A stretch of DNA of 64,000 nt from Mobula hypostoma (Eukaryota). A program made the translations under genes and the position numbers. The stretch lies in NCBI RefSeq assembly GCF_963921235.1, contig NC_086104.1, positions 64,294,001 to 64,358,000 on the forward strand, in the 5' to 3' direction. A model generated the notes under the pieces. It ran no database searches. It had not been told where the DNA came from and saw only the letters and a list, made by a program, of their open reading frames with translations. Positions 26,085-39,189 of this stretch are shown one piece after another (position 1 is the stretch's first letter; each line of letters begins with the position of its first letter).

Positions 26085-26505
26085 TGGTACAACCACGGAT
26101 TCAGCTGTGCGGCAGATTCAGCAATTGTGCTTGTGAATATGCACGTGCCAGCTAATTATAATTTCATTGTGATAATATTTAACTCCATTCGCTCCATTGT
26201 AGTTTTTGTTGAGACTTGAACCCCCGACAGGACACAAAAACACTTCGCTTCCTGCATTCCGCCTTGCCTGAGAAATTGGACCCTTGAGTCAATTGAGACT
26301 GAAGACTAGCGATATTCGTTTAATTCTTAGTTATTCTTTTCAGCTGCTGTGTAGGCTTCGTTTCCATTTGTGTGTTTTAATCAATGGCCCTGTTTGGCCT
26401 AGTGTTTATTGTTTTCTTTCCCTTTAATACTGTTTGCATTAAAGTCTGTGATCTATTGACTTGCTTCAGTGTCTCTCTCTCCACCATGTCCGAACCACGG
26501 TGACA
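26085..26505 (+). mobile_element. Solo LTR (421 bp)
   Basis: TG...CA termini (TGGTACAACC...GGTGACA) with a perfect 5-bp TSD AATAA (26080-84, 26506-10). ATTAAA poly(A)-type signal near 26438. Confidence 0.75.
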
Positions 26506-27426
26506 AATAAAGAATACAGCAACAACACCGAGTTGCAAAGCAGAAATGTGGAAAGGTCTTTCACAAAATAACATATGTTTGACACAAGGAGGGAGTGAAG
26601 TAGGGAAAAAGAATCGGAAGGATAAATATTCCAGAAGGAATTTTTTTTTAAATCTTAAGATATTGAAGCATGGGATTTGAGAAATAGTTTGGAGTACAAT
26701 ACAGGCTGCATAAGACTCTGGGAATAGGAAAAACTTAAGGAAACAATCAAATAATACCAGATCCAAATAAAGCTCGAGTGGAAAAAAATAATAAACTTAG
26801 AGCATATTCCATTGCCTGTATAATACTACAAAAGACAATGAGCAAGTGTGTGCGGTAGAATAACAGGCTTGAGAAATATTACAGTCCGGTTTATGCTGAA
26901 TGTAGTTAGAAGCATTCAAAGTCACATGACAACTTTGTAAGTTGGTTTAGCAAGTAGGCATTGTTTTGCTGCTCCTCAAAATAATAGGATCAGTAGGTAA
27001 TCAGTATGTGATAAGATCACAGTTGAGCAATATGAACCCTTGAATTCTCTATGCATTCAAACAATGAGGTTGATTGTTGACCTCAGTTTCGCATTCCCAT
27101 CTATTCCCTGTGCGCTGTGGATTGGTTAAGGAGTCAAACACCTGTCAATCTCATCCATAAATGTATTGAGAGTTTGAGCACTCAGAACCCTCAGTGTAAG
27201 GAATTCCACAGATTCACAACAACTAATTATTGAACTCTAATGAGACAATGTCACTGGTTCTAGACACTAGTTGCATTTATTCTCTCAAACCTCCTCATAA
27301 TGATATGTGCTTAAACAGAACAGAGAATACAGCCCTTTGCCCCACTACGTTTTGTCAATCTAACCCTTCCTCCCACATAGCCCTACATTTTTTTTCATCC
27401 ATGTGCCTATCTAATAATCTCTTAAA

Positions 27427-28285
27427 TCAAGTCAAGTCAAGTCAAGTCACTTTTTATTGTCATTTTGACCATAACTGCTGGTACAGTACACAGTAAAAAT
27501 GAGACAACGTTCTTCAGGACCATGGAGCTACATGAACAATACAAATACCACACTGAACTACGTAAAAACACAACATAAAACTACACTAGACTACAAAGAC
27601 TTACCCAGGACTGCATAAAGTGCACAAAACAGTGCAGGTATTACAATAAATAATAAACAAGACAATATGCACAGTAGAGGGCAGTAGGTTGGTGTCAGTC
27701 CAGGCTCTGGGTGTTGAGGAGTCTGATGACTTGGGGGAAGAAGCTGTTACATAGTCTGGTTGTGAGAGCCCGAATACTTTGGTGCCTTTTGCCAGATGGC
27801 AGGAGGGAGAAGGGTTTGTATGAGGGGTGCATGGTGTCCTTCATAATGCTGTTTGCTTTACGGATGCAGCGTGTGATGTAAATTACTCTAATGCTGGGAA
27901 GAGAGACCCTGATCATCTTCTCAGCTGACCTCACTATCCGCTGCAGGATCTTGCAATCCAAGATGGTGCAATTTCTGAACCAGGCAGTGATGCAGCTGCT
28001 CAGGATGCTCTCAATACAACCTCTGTAGAATGTGGTGCAGATGGGGGGTGGGAGATGGACTTTTCTCAACCTTCGCAGAAAGTAGAGATGCTGCTGTGCT
28101 TTCTTTGCTATGAAGCTGGTGTTGAGGGACCAGGTGAGATTCTCCGCCAGGTGAACACCAAGAAATTTGGGGCTCTTAACGATCTCTACGGAGGAGTCGA
28201 TGTTCAGCGGAGAGTGGTCATTCTGTGTCCTCCTGAAGTCAACAACCATCTCTTTTGTTTTGTTCACATTCAGAGACAAGTTGTT
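27427..28285 (-). mobile_element. 5'-truncated Rex1/Babar LINE
   Basis: 194-aa ORF (SLNVNKTKEMVVDFRR...KKAQQHLYFLRRLRK...NSFFPQVIRLLN) with a (TCAAG)n tail at 27427-27449, inserted into a CR1 3' region. Confidence 0.9.
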
Positions 28286-28324
28286 GGTTTGAGAGAATAA
28301 ATGTAACTAGTGTCTAGAACAACC

Positions 28325-29017
28325 TGTCCCTAATCTGTCTGCCTCTACTATCAACCTGGCAGTGTGCTCCATGCACCTACCACTGACTTAACCTTATACC
28401 TTCCTCCAATCACCTTAAAATTATGCCCTCCCATATTAGCTATTGTTACCCTGGAAAAAGGGTGTTGGCTGTCCACCCTATCAATGCCTGTTATCATGTT
28501 ATACAATTCTACTAAGTCACCATCCTCCACTGCTCCAAAGAGAAAAGCCCTAGATCCCTCAATTTTTCCTCATAACACACATTTTCCCATCCAGGCAGCA
28601 TCCTGGTAAATCTCCTCTGCACCTTCTCCAAAGTTTCCACATCCTTCCTATGGCTAGAACTAAACACAATACTCCAAGTGAAGTCTAACCAGAGATTTAT
28701 AAAGCTGCAACATTACCTCACGGCTCTTGAACTCAATCCCCCAACTGATGAAGGCCACCACATCTTCTTAACCACCCTATCAATGGATGTTAACCTCTGT
28801 TTGACCACACTGATAAGAATCCTGCCATTAGCCTTGTACTCTGCCTTCAAGTTTAACCTTCTGTAGTTTCATCTGACACTTCTCCAGATTGAATTCCATC
28901 TACCGCTTCTCAGCCCAGCTCTGCATTCTTTCAATGTTCCATGGTAACATACACCAACCTTCTACACTATCCACAACACCACCAGCCTTCGTGAAATCTG
29001 CAAACTTACAAACCCAC
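28325..29017 (-). mobile_element. CR1 LINE fragment (host of the Gypsy insertion; continues at 33771-34400)
   Basis: CR1 RT sequence runs across the Gypsy element (VLGTLLFGIFINDLEEEVEGW|V.KFADF). Confidence 0.8.
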
Positions 29018-30034
29018 TGGGTGTATTTAATATTTCTGTAGTATTTGAGTAATATTGTAAGTATATGTTTGATTAAGCACTCTGCTGTTTACATAATGCA
29101 CTGCGGGTTATATATAAAAATACGTGAATGGCATTGGTAATCATGCCGCCACAAGATACGCACCTTGCTTAAAGTAAAAAAAGAAGTTATTCCTGCATTC
29201 CTGGCTCTTTCGTTTTCCTTTCAATTACTTTTTATGTTTTCGAGTTACAAAACAGAACAGTGGTGACAAGGAGGTTTTAAAAGAATCCGAGATGACTACC
29301 TACCTGTTGAATTGCAGCAAGATGGTCAAGTTAAAAAAAGCCAGTGAGATGATTGAGTTAAAAACAGAAGCAGCACAGTACGTATCTCTTTGGAAGGGGG
29401 AGAGAGAAACAGTTAAGTTAAAAGGAAGGTAGAAAACAGATGAATTCATGGGTTGATAACAGTGAGTATCAGGTGATAGTAATCATAAACTTTAAAAATT
29501 GCAGAAATGCCTGGCTACATCAGAAAGATTGACTTGTTCAATTGCACAACAAATAACTAGTTCTTATATACTGAGCTAATTGAGCAATATTTGAAACAAA
29601 TGAAATAACCAATCAGAAGTGAGTGCCAGTTTTACTGCGTGCATTGGGTTTAATGGCATACAGTTTACTTAGAGATTTAACTGCTCCAACCAAATCAGCT
29701 GAGATAAGCTTTGCTAATATTGTGAAACTAATGCAGGCACATTTAGCACTGAAACCATTGTTGATTGCATAATCCTAACCCTAATGAATAAGTGGAGTCA
29801 AAGGAAGGTGAGTCCATTTCAGCATACGTGTCTGAATTGAAGAAGTTGTCTGAGCATCGTCAGTTCAGCGATGGGCTTAATGATGCACTGAGAGATTGTT
29901 TAGATTGTGGAATCTAACAAGAAAGCAGACAAAAACAGCTCCTGACTGAAACACATCTTACATTTTAAAGAACAGTTGAAATAGCTGTATCAATGGAAAC
30001 AGCAAACAGAGACGTAACTGAGTTGCAGTTAAAT

Positions 30035-30745
30035 GGATGCCTCACTATCCTGAGGCTGTGCCCTCTTATCCTAGACTCCCCCGCCATGGAAAACATCTAT
30101 TCCACATCTGCTCTGTCCAGGCCTTTCAACATTCAAAAGTTTTAATGAGATCCCACTCATCCTTCTACATTCCAGTGAGTACAAGTCCAGAGCCATCCAA
30201 CATTCCTCATGTAATAATCCTTTCATTCCTGGAATCATCCTTGTCAATCTCCCTTGAATCCTCTCCAAAGCCAGCACATCTTTTTTTTAGGTAAGGAACC
30301 CAAAATTGTTTACAATACTCAAGGTGAGGCCTCACTAGTGCCTTATAAAGCCTCAGCATCACATCCCTGTTTTTATATTCTAGAACTTGAATGAATGCTA
30401 ACATTGCATTTGCCTTCCTCACTCTCAACTCAACCTGCAAGTTAACCTTTAGGATGTCATGCACAAGGTCTCCCAAGTCTCTTTGCATCTCAGGTTTTTG
30501 GATTTTCTCCCCGTTTAGAAAATAGTCTGCACATGTATTTCTTCTACCAAAGTGCATGACCATACATTTTCCAGCTTTGTATTTCATTTGCCAGTTTCTT
30601 GACCATTCTCTTAATCTGTCTAAGTCCTTCTGCAGCCTTCCTGTTTCCTCAACACTACCTGTCTCTCTACCAATCTTTGTATCATCTACAAACTTGGCAA
30701 CTAAGCCATCTGCTTAATCATCTAAATTACTGATATACCGCATAT
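30035..30745 (-). mobile_element. CR1 fragment nested in the Gypsy element
   Basis: KCMVMHFGRRN...LRLYKALVRPHLEYC. Confidence 0.85.
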
Positions 30746-30984
30746 CATTGCAAACATTTCTAGAGGGAAACACTTCAGCAAAATGGACTTAGCAGAGGCC
30801 TACATACAGATGGAGATGGAAGGAGAGTCCATAGTGTTCCTCGCCATAAATACTCACAAAAGTCTTTATCACTATAATAGCTTATTTTTGGAGTAACATC
30901 TGTATCTGCACTCCGGCAGAAAGGACCAGATGCTGCAAGGCTGCCCAGGCACTCAGTGTTACCTAAATGACATCTTTGTTACCT

Positions 30985-31418
30985 CACCATTCGGGCTGAC
31001 CGGAAGTGCACTGAGAGCGGTAAGCGTAAAGGATTTGGGTGCTTACTGTTCTGGTTAACAACGGATGGTGCAATCCAGGTCATATTACGATCGAGGAACG
31101 TGTTTGTAGACCGGATATTGAATTTTTTGCTGTTGGATTCCGGCCATATTCCACCGAGATACAACACTGGGCATCACAGGAGGTTGCTCCTGCCTCTGGC
31201 CATCGAACTTTTCAGCTCCTCCCGTGGAGGGTCAGACACCCTGAGCCAATAGGCTGGTCCTGGACTTATTTCCATCTGGCATAGTTTGCATTTTGTTGTT
31301 TGATTGTTTCTGGTTTTTGTATTGCTATATTTATGCTATATTCTTGGTTGGTGCGGCTGTAATGAAACCCAATTTCCCTTGGGATCAATAAAGTATATTT
31401 ATCTATCTATCTATCTAT
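30985..31418 (+). mobile_element. Internally deleted Rex1-type LINE nested in the Gypsy RT
   Basis: Endonuclease piece (ADRKCTESGKRKG...VLVNNGWCNPG...FAVGFRPY) joined to a 3' end with aataaag and a (TATC)n tail. Confidence 0.65.
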
Positions 31419-34400
31419 ATGGATGCAAGGAGCATCTCCAAAATCTCAAGACAGTGCTGAAAAGATTAGAAGATTATGAGCTCAGAGCACAATGCACCAA
31501 GTATGCATTCTTTTAACTAAGCATCACGTACTGTAGTCACACCATTTATGCACAAGATTTACACTAGTGTGCTGAGAAAATTCAAGCAGTGATGGGTCCC
31601 TCAAGGCCAAAGGATGTGAAACAGCTGAGGTCCTTTTTAGGACTTTTCAATTACTATAACAAGTTCCTGCCTAACCTGGCTACTGTGTTACACCTCTTGA
31701 AATCATTACTGCAGAGTAGGAAGTAATGGCAATGGACAAAGCAGTGTGAGGTGGCTTTCAAAAAGGTAAAGAAAATAGTGACATCAGACACTATGATCCA
31801 CATCATCCAGTGAAGCTTGCCTGAGACTCCTCACCTTATGGTACAGGTGCAGTCATGTCACGTGTTATGAGTGATGAAAGCGAATGGCCCATAGCCTTTG
31901 CATCACATTCACTTCCCACTCTGGAGAAAAGTTACATACAAATTGACAGAGCAGCCCTGAGTCTCATTTGTTTCAATCAATATTTGTATGAGAGAGAGTT
32001 TACCCTCGTTTCTGATTATCAACCACTAGTGTCCATTTTCAATCCACAGCAGGGTGTTCCATTAACAGCAGCAGCATCAATGCAGAGATGTGCCTTGTTT
32101 CTTGGAGGACACAATTAAAATATTGAAATCAAGAGGACAACTAATCATGGAAATACCAATGGATTGTCCTGTTTATCCTCGAAAAAGGGAATACTGGAAA
32201 AATTTACTATTAAGGACACTCCTCTTGACATATTCTCCCTAAGGGCATTAGGAAGTCTCTATAATGGCAGAGATGGTCCAAAGGGAAGTCAGAAAAGACT
32301 CCACACTGTTTCAGGTTTATATAGCCACCCAAAATGTCTTGCATGTGCAGCAGAATCTCGTTCCCCCAGTTTCAGCAGAACTGGAATGAATTTGCCCTTG
32401 ATAGAGGTTCCTTTATGTGGGGATTGAGAGTTATTGTACCATCCAAGCTGAGAACTTAATTGTTGAAAAAGTTGCATGCTGGTCTTCTCAGTGTGGTTAA
32501 AATGAAAGGGTTGGCTTGAAATTTTGTCTGGTGGCCTGGGATAGATCACCAGTTTGAACAGCTTGTCATTCACTGCTTACACTTTTAACATGTCCGGAAG
32601 ATGCCAAGAGCAGCACGTCTCCATCCCAGGGAATATCCTGCATTTCTCTGTGAGGGGATTCATGTGGATTTTGCCAGATCATTCATGGGCACATATTTCT
32701 TTTGTAGTAGTAGATGCAGCTACAAAGTGGCCAGAAGTGTTCCCAGTAGCCTCCAATACATCTCGCACACTGTTGATGTGTTGAAAAGCCTCATCTCAAG
32801 GACTGTTGTTCCAGAACACTGAGTCAGTAACAATGGACCACAGTTTGTTACTGTGCAAGCAATGTCACTACACTACAATGAATCAGAAGCTCGCCAATTT
32901 CCTCTTTACATATCGTGATGCAGCACACTCCACAACCAGCAAATCACCAGCTATGCCATTACCGGGTCATCCCTTGCACTCACACTTAGATCTCCTCAAG
33001 CCCAGTCTGAGTAAGAATATGCAGGAGTATGTAAGCAGCTGTGGTAAATTGAAGGCTCCTCAAACAAGGAGGTTCAATGTTTCACTCCTGGTTAAGCAGT
33101 CCTGGTGAGGAACTACAGAGATAATCAAAAGTAGGTACTTGGAAAGATTAAGTACAGAACTGAACCGCTCTCCTACACAGTGGAGATTTCATCTGATATC
33201 ATCTGAAGATAACACATTGATTAATTGAGGAGACCAGAGTCAATTGTTAAGAAGAAAGGTGTCCATAGCTGTCAAAACCACTTCCTGCAGACCCAGTGTC
33301 AACTCCTACAATCACCACGTAGGAGGTCCCAGAACCTGAGATTGTTTCACAGCCACAAGTCTCACCTGCCAAGTGGAGTGATTCCCTTTGTCAGGAAAGA
33401 TGTTATTTATCCCACAGAAGTAAGAAAGCCTCCATAGCAATTAAATCTTTAGGTCTGAATGGGACAATTTAAAACTTACTATGCTGTGGATGTCTGTGTA
33501 GTCTTTGTAATATATAGTATACTGTGCAAGGTATATAGTTGAGATGTATTCTATATTGAGTTGAAGTTAAGCAGGGAGGAATGTTGTGTATTTAATATTT
33601 CAGTAGTATTTAAGTCATATTGTAAACATATTGATTGATTATTCATTGTTTGTTGTTTGCATAATGCATTGAGAGTTCTATGTAAAAATACGTAAATGGC
33701 ATACATCATTCCCTGCTCTCTTGTCTTCCTTTCAATTAGTTTTTATGTTTTGGAGATATTAAACATAACACCCACCCTTCCACTTCCTCTTCCAAGTCAT
33801 TTATAAAAATCCCGAAGAGCAGGGTTCCCAGAACAGATTCCTTCAGAACACCTCTAGTCCAGGCAAAATATGCTCTATCTACTACCACTCTCTGCCCTGT
33901 GTGGACAAGCCAGTTCCAAATCCACACAGCCACCTTTCTTTGAATCCCATGCCTTCTGATTTTCTGAATGACCTTATCACAGGGAAACTTGTTGAACTAT
34001 TTACTGAAATCCATATACACTACATCCATCGCTCTACCTTCATCAATTTGTTTTGTCACTTTCTCAAAAAAAGTAATTGGACTCATGAGCCACAACTGGC
34101 CCTTCACAAAGTCATGCTAACTATCCGTAATCAGACTATGGTTCACCAAGTGTTCATAAATCCTGTCTCTAAGAATGATCTCCAACACTTTTCCCCACCA
34201 CTGACGACATAAAACTCCCTGGTCTGCCTTCCCCAGGATTATCCCTATTAACTTTCTTGAACAAGAGAAGAACATTTGCCATCCTCCTGTGTACTACTCC
34301 TGTGGCCAATGAGGATACAAAGTGCAACAAACTGTTCCCCCACTTCCAGTAGTAACCTGGGGTATATTCTGTCTGGTCCAGGAGATTTATCTATCCTACT

Positions 34401-35790
34401 CTTTTTCAGTTTCTGTTTAAAGATAGCACAAAAAATATTTCACATTTTGAGGGTAGGACAGTAACTTTCAATCAAATATCCAGGAGAAATAACATGCAAC
34501 TAATGAACAGGTTGATAATGATCACCTCAGCTTTAACTAGTGCTAATAATAGAAAGACTGAGTGTGAAGGGATTTAGGTTAGATTACTGACTGGTCAAAT
34601 TCTTAATCTCAGCCTTGTTCTGTAAAGAATGCTTCTTGGAGGGTAGGGACTGCTTTGCAAGGGAGAAAAAAAATCAGAAGGCAAATTTTACCTTGCCTCC
34701 CACCAGGTAATTGACAGATAATGTTCATGCAATTGCATGGGATCAGTTCACACTTCCTCTCCTCTTTAAGCATAAGAATGCTTGTTTTAGAATGGCAAAC
34801 TTACACAGGCAGGAACTTACAAGAAAGGAAAAGCTGTCTGCCTGTTTTTTTGTAAAGAGGCACACCACTAAAGACAAATACAAACATTATTTCCAATGGG
34901 AAAAATGCAAAACATCCTAAATTTGATTTTTTTTAGGTTTCACATAATGCTTAATCAAACAATTTAAGCTAAGTTTCTAAAAACCCTACATTTTCTTTTA
35001 ACAATTCCATTCATGTCCTATTCAACCCTTCCTTTTTCAGTTTTATTCCATATACCTCTAAGCATCGATGCAATTACACATGGAAAACTGAAGGTTGTAT
35101 GCATTAATAAGTGATCAATACAGCTTCAACAGCGAGCAATTGATTGCTTTTGGTGCATCAGTCAATTGATGACTTCACCCTGAACATCCAGCTGTCACCA
35201 TTTTCCCTCTGACTACATGAATCCATCTCCAAATCTCACATAATGAGATAAAGCATAATTGGCAATGTTCCCATTTAATCAGAAATGGTAAATATCATAA
35301 ATGAAATGAAATGACTACAAAAAGCAGCCAGAAGGTCTTCAACTCGGTAGATGAAAAAAGCCCTTGCCTCATGAGACTTTGTTATCTTCTCTCATTAATC
35401 TACCGTTCTGAGAAAGAACAAGAATTTTGGGGGCTTCTGCTAACATGAAACTCTGCAAACTGTCACCCAGTCACTATGAAAATGCTAGGGAAAGACTCTT
35501 TCCCACTTCATTCCAAGGCTAACCTACAGATGTGCCAAGTCAAAGAAATTGAATAGCCCACCCCAAGATCCTACAAAATATCAAGACAACATTAAAAAGG
35601 GTGGGGAGCCATTATCATTAATTCACATAACCTTTTCCTTTCCTTATAGCAAGGAACTGAGCAACAAAACCTATGAGTAAATACCTATAGTCAAATTTTG
35701 GAAAGTAACGTAAAAGATATTTTAATGAAACAATATAGGCCATAATTTAAGATAATTAGCTTTATTTGTTACATGTACATTGAAATATCA

Positions 35791-35980
35791 TTAAGCCAGC
35801 CAGTGGTGTAGTGGCATCTGCACCAGACTTCGAAGTGAGTGATCCCGGATTCGACTCCTAGTTGCATGCTTTCCATCTGTGCTGGGATGAGCATTGCGCT
35901 AGCAACTGAGCCTCATAAAAAGCAGACAAACTGCAAAAGGAGTGGCAAGGTTGCCACGATTGCGAGGAAAGGAGCAACAC
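35791..35980 (+). mobile_element. tRNA-derived SINE with target-site duplication
   Basis: A box TGGTGTAGTGG and B box GGATTCGACTCC; 10-bp TSD TGAAATATCA at 35781-90 and 35981-90. Confidence 0.8.
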
Positions 35981-37094
35981 TGAAATATCAAAACTTGGTG
36001 TAATTTGCCATTTGCCTCTTGCCTCAATGACCAACATTGTCCAAGGACGTGCTAGGGGCAGCCTGCAAGCCTCACATTGATTCTGGCATCAACACGCTGT
36101 CCCATGTCCATGACTTACGAAGGAAACCAGACCACCCAGAGGAATCCAACAAAGTCACAGGGAGAACTAACAAACTCCTTAGAGACAGCAACAGGAATAG
36201 AACCCTGGTCACTGGTGTTGTAGAGGGTTACACTAATTGCTGCCATACTGCATTTTCCTGGTTAGGATTTTTGTAGTCATACAAACACCTTAACCAATAT
36301 GATTTATCCTTCAAAGCACCAGGATGATTTCACTGCATTTGGCATGTACTTCAGTACCTCTTACAGTGATTACAAACTGTTTTGAATGTTTGAACTCCAA
36401 AGGTTCTCAAATATTTTGTGATTTATTGTCCATTTTCATTGCTTGCTCACAGTATAATTCTGCTTCCATCCACCAAATCCACTTACTTTTCAGTTTCTCA
36501 CTTTCAAAAACAGCCATAAACAACCTGTAGCACTTGGCTAATCCATGGACAGAGACAAACAATTTTAGGAAACTTAACCAGTGCAGAAGACTCCTGTGGT
36601 TAGTCACAGTAACCTGCAGATATATTATTGTAGTGCAATACCCCAAGCAGCTGCACAACTGTAGTGCCACACGGTACTTTTATGCTGATGAAAGAGGTGA
36701 TGGCTACAAAAAAGTGAGAATTGCATGATGAATTGCAGGTCTGAAATGGAGCTTAAGAATATACAGTGAATTGTAAAAGCAGAATTGTTTTCTCTGAGAG
36801 AAACCCCATTAGTTCCATCCACCCACCCCTTTCCTAATAGATCTTATAATTACTCCCCATCACCTATCCAATTCCCTTTTTAAAGGCCTCAATGTTTCTA
36901 CCACACTTTTAAACAGTTTGCTATAGACTTTAACCAATGACTGCACAGAAAAAGTTTTTACTATCTCTCCCACGTTCCTTCTGTATCTTTAACTTTTCAC
37001 TTTAAATCTATGCCCCTAGTCCTTGAAACATCTGCAAATGGAGACAGCTCCAATTTGCTCTATCTAATTCCATTATAATCTCATACACAAGGGA

Positions 37095-37660
37095 TTCTGA
37101 AGATGCCAATAATCTGGAGCAACACAAACAAAATGCTGGAGGAACTCAGCAGGGCAGGTCACATCTAAAGAGGGAACTTAACATTTGATGTTTCAGGCTG
37201 AGGCACTTCATCAGGACTGGAATGGGAGAGGGCAGAAGCCAGAAGGAAGGGTCAGGGGAGAGGTAGAGCAGGAATTGGCAGGGTGAGAGGGGAAAGGTAG
37301 GTGAGTGAAAAACTAGGAGGTGGCAGATGGAAGAGGCAAAGAGCTGAAGAAGAAGAAGAAATCTGATAGGAGAGGACTGCAGACCATTCTTTCTTCTTCA
37401 GCCCTCTGCCACTTTCACCAAAGTCACGTCACTGCCTCGGTTCCCCTTCCCCAAGCCACCTAACTTTCTCCTCTCACCTGGACTCACCTATTACCTCCAG
37501 CTTGTGCTCCTCTCCATCCCCTACCCTGTTATTCGGATTTCTGCCCTCTTCCTTTCCAGACTCAATGAAGGGACTCAGCCCAAATTGTCAACTCTTTATT
37601 TCCCTCCATAGATGCTGCCTGACCTGCTGAGTTTCTCCAGCATTTTATGTATGTTGCTCA
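37095..37660. mobile_element. Older Penelope-derived inverted pseudo-LTR pair
   Basis: caaaatgctggaggaactcagc... versus ...ctgctgagtttctccagcatttt inverted arms. Hammerhead motif on minus at ~37185-37218 (CTGATGA...GAAAC ATC). Confidence 0.75.
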
Positions 37661-39090
37661 TGATCTTGTACATCTCCTATTACCTCTGCTCTCTCCTAGG
37701 AGGATAATTTCTTTATTTTCAGGCTCCATATTCAACTGTATTCTGCAATGCTAGCTGAATCCAGATATTGCTCCAGTATGGGGACTGTAGTAGGGCAGGT
37801 GGAGGGTGGAGTGACTGAGGGGCGGGGGCTATCAGGAGAGATAAAGAATCAGTGAGAGATAACATGATTAAAGCAAAGTTAAATCATAGACAATGGCCAA
37901 TGAAAATGGAAAATGCTTTGAGTTGTTCCTTGCTGACAACCACTCAGACACAAAGAATGGGAGGACGCTGGCACCGATGGGGTTAAATTCCAAAATCACT
38001 AAGTGCTTTCGGGAGAGAAGAAAAATTGAAGGGAATATTTTTTTTTAAAAATCGGTCTTTGATGCAGCACATGAAACCTATACCGGTGACCTGCTTTTGC
38101 ATTATTTTGATTTGCGTGCTTGTCAGATATCATATTTCACGCCATTGCCGGCAAATTCTTAAGAGGGGTGAAGATATTTCCTGTCTCCACACAAAGGTTT
38201 TTGTTTAGATTTTAAGCATGAGCGAGCGGTTGTCATGCAGAGGAAGAGATAACACGAGAAGGGACGGCTGCGGGGGATTTGATTTCAAATCTACAAAGGA
38301 CTCAAAGGGGATGAATTGGCCTGACGTGGACGGCTCGTCTTTGTTAGAGTTTCGGTCGGAATAATCCCAATCTGGTCACCGTACATCCAACTCTGCAATC
38401 TCTGTCCATCTGCCTCACAACACTGACTACTCCAAACTGAACGGAATCATTTATGCGTTCGCTCCTCAACCACAATTGCACAATAGCCTTTTACAACCAA
38501 CTCTGCCGTTTAAATCACCGGGCTAGCTAAACAGTGAGACTGAAAGTAATATACAAAAAAATCTTGGCAAAGCCCAATTTTATGTTACTATTATTTGAAA
38601 CGGTCTTTCAAGCTCTAATAATTAGCTTTAAAAATAAAACACTTACCCATAACCATAAGACCTTAATTAGGGGGTGACATTGTGATTTTTTTGCTTTTAA
38701 CCCGTTTATCAACAACTCACTCAGCAATTCGCTTTCACCATCCCGAAGAATGAGTATAATACGATGGTAGGTGCCTTTGAGAAACTATGCACAATGAAGG
38801 GTTGTACCTAGTCTATTATCTGCGCAATTCTAACTTATTTGTTCAATAGTTTTGAGAATCCAGCCCATATTTGATGTAACGTTTTAATGAATCATATACA
38901 TCTATTTTGTATCTTCCTTTCCCAGTCCCTCGCGATCGCAACTTTCATTTACGCTAGTCACCTCTCTCCGCATTGTCTTTGTTCATTCAAACAATCCAAC
39001 ACAACTTTATTACTGTCAGAACTCACTGATACAAATAGCATCATAGCACAAGCCGTTTCCACTATAATAGAGAGAGCCCTGGACACAAAC

Positions 39091-39189
39091 CTCGTATTTG
39101 CTTAAGCTTGAACTCTTGCATCGCGATTTCTTGCGCAGGTACACGGAGAAGAAGCGCCGCACTGTGAATTTTTTCACGTTCATGTCCAT
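39091..39189 (-). CDS. RPS6KA2: RSK3 coding exon 1 (99 nt)
   Basis: MDMNVKKFTVRRFFSVYLRKKSRCKSSSLSKYE matches the distinctive basic RSK3 N-terminus (MDLSMKKFAVRRFFSVYLRRKSR...). Strong Kozak gcaATGG; donor GAG|gtttgt; phase 0. Confidence 0.96.

Larger units (their letters stand above)
29018..33770 (+). mobile_element. Degenerate full-span Gypsy LTR retrotransposon
   Basis: LTRs 29018-29259 and 33582-33770 (TG...AACA). 5-bp TSD CCCAC. PBS-like TGGTGACAAGGA at 29261; PPT AGCAGGGAGGAA. Degraded gag, RT, RNaseH (PIAFASHSL...EFTLVSDYQPL) and integrase (HVDFA, VVVDAATKWPEV). Confidence 0.9.

Noticed and set aside
35795-35870. tRNA gene
   Set aside because: A and B boxes are present, but there is no complete cloverleaf, and it continues into a SINE body flanked by a TSD.
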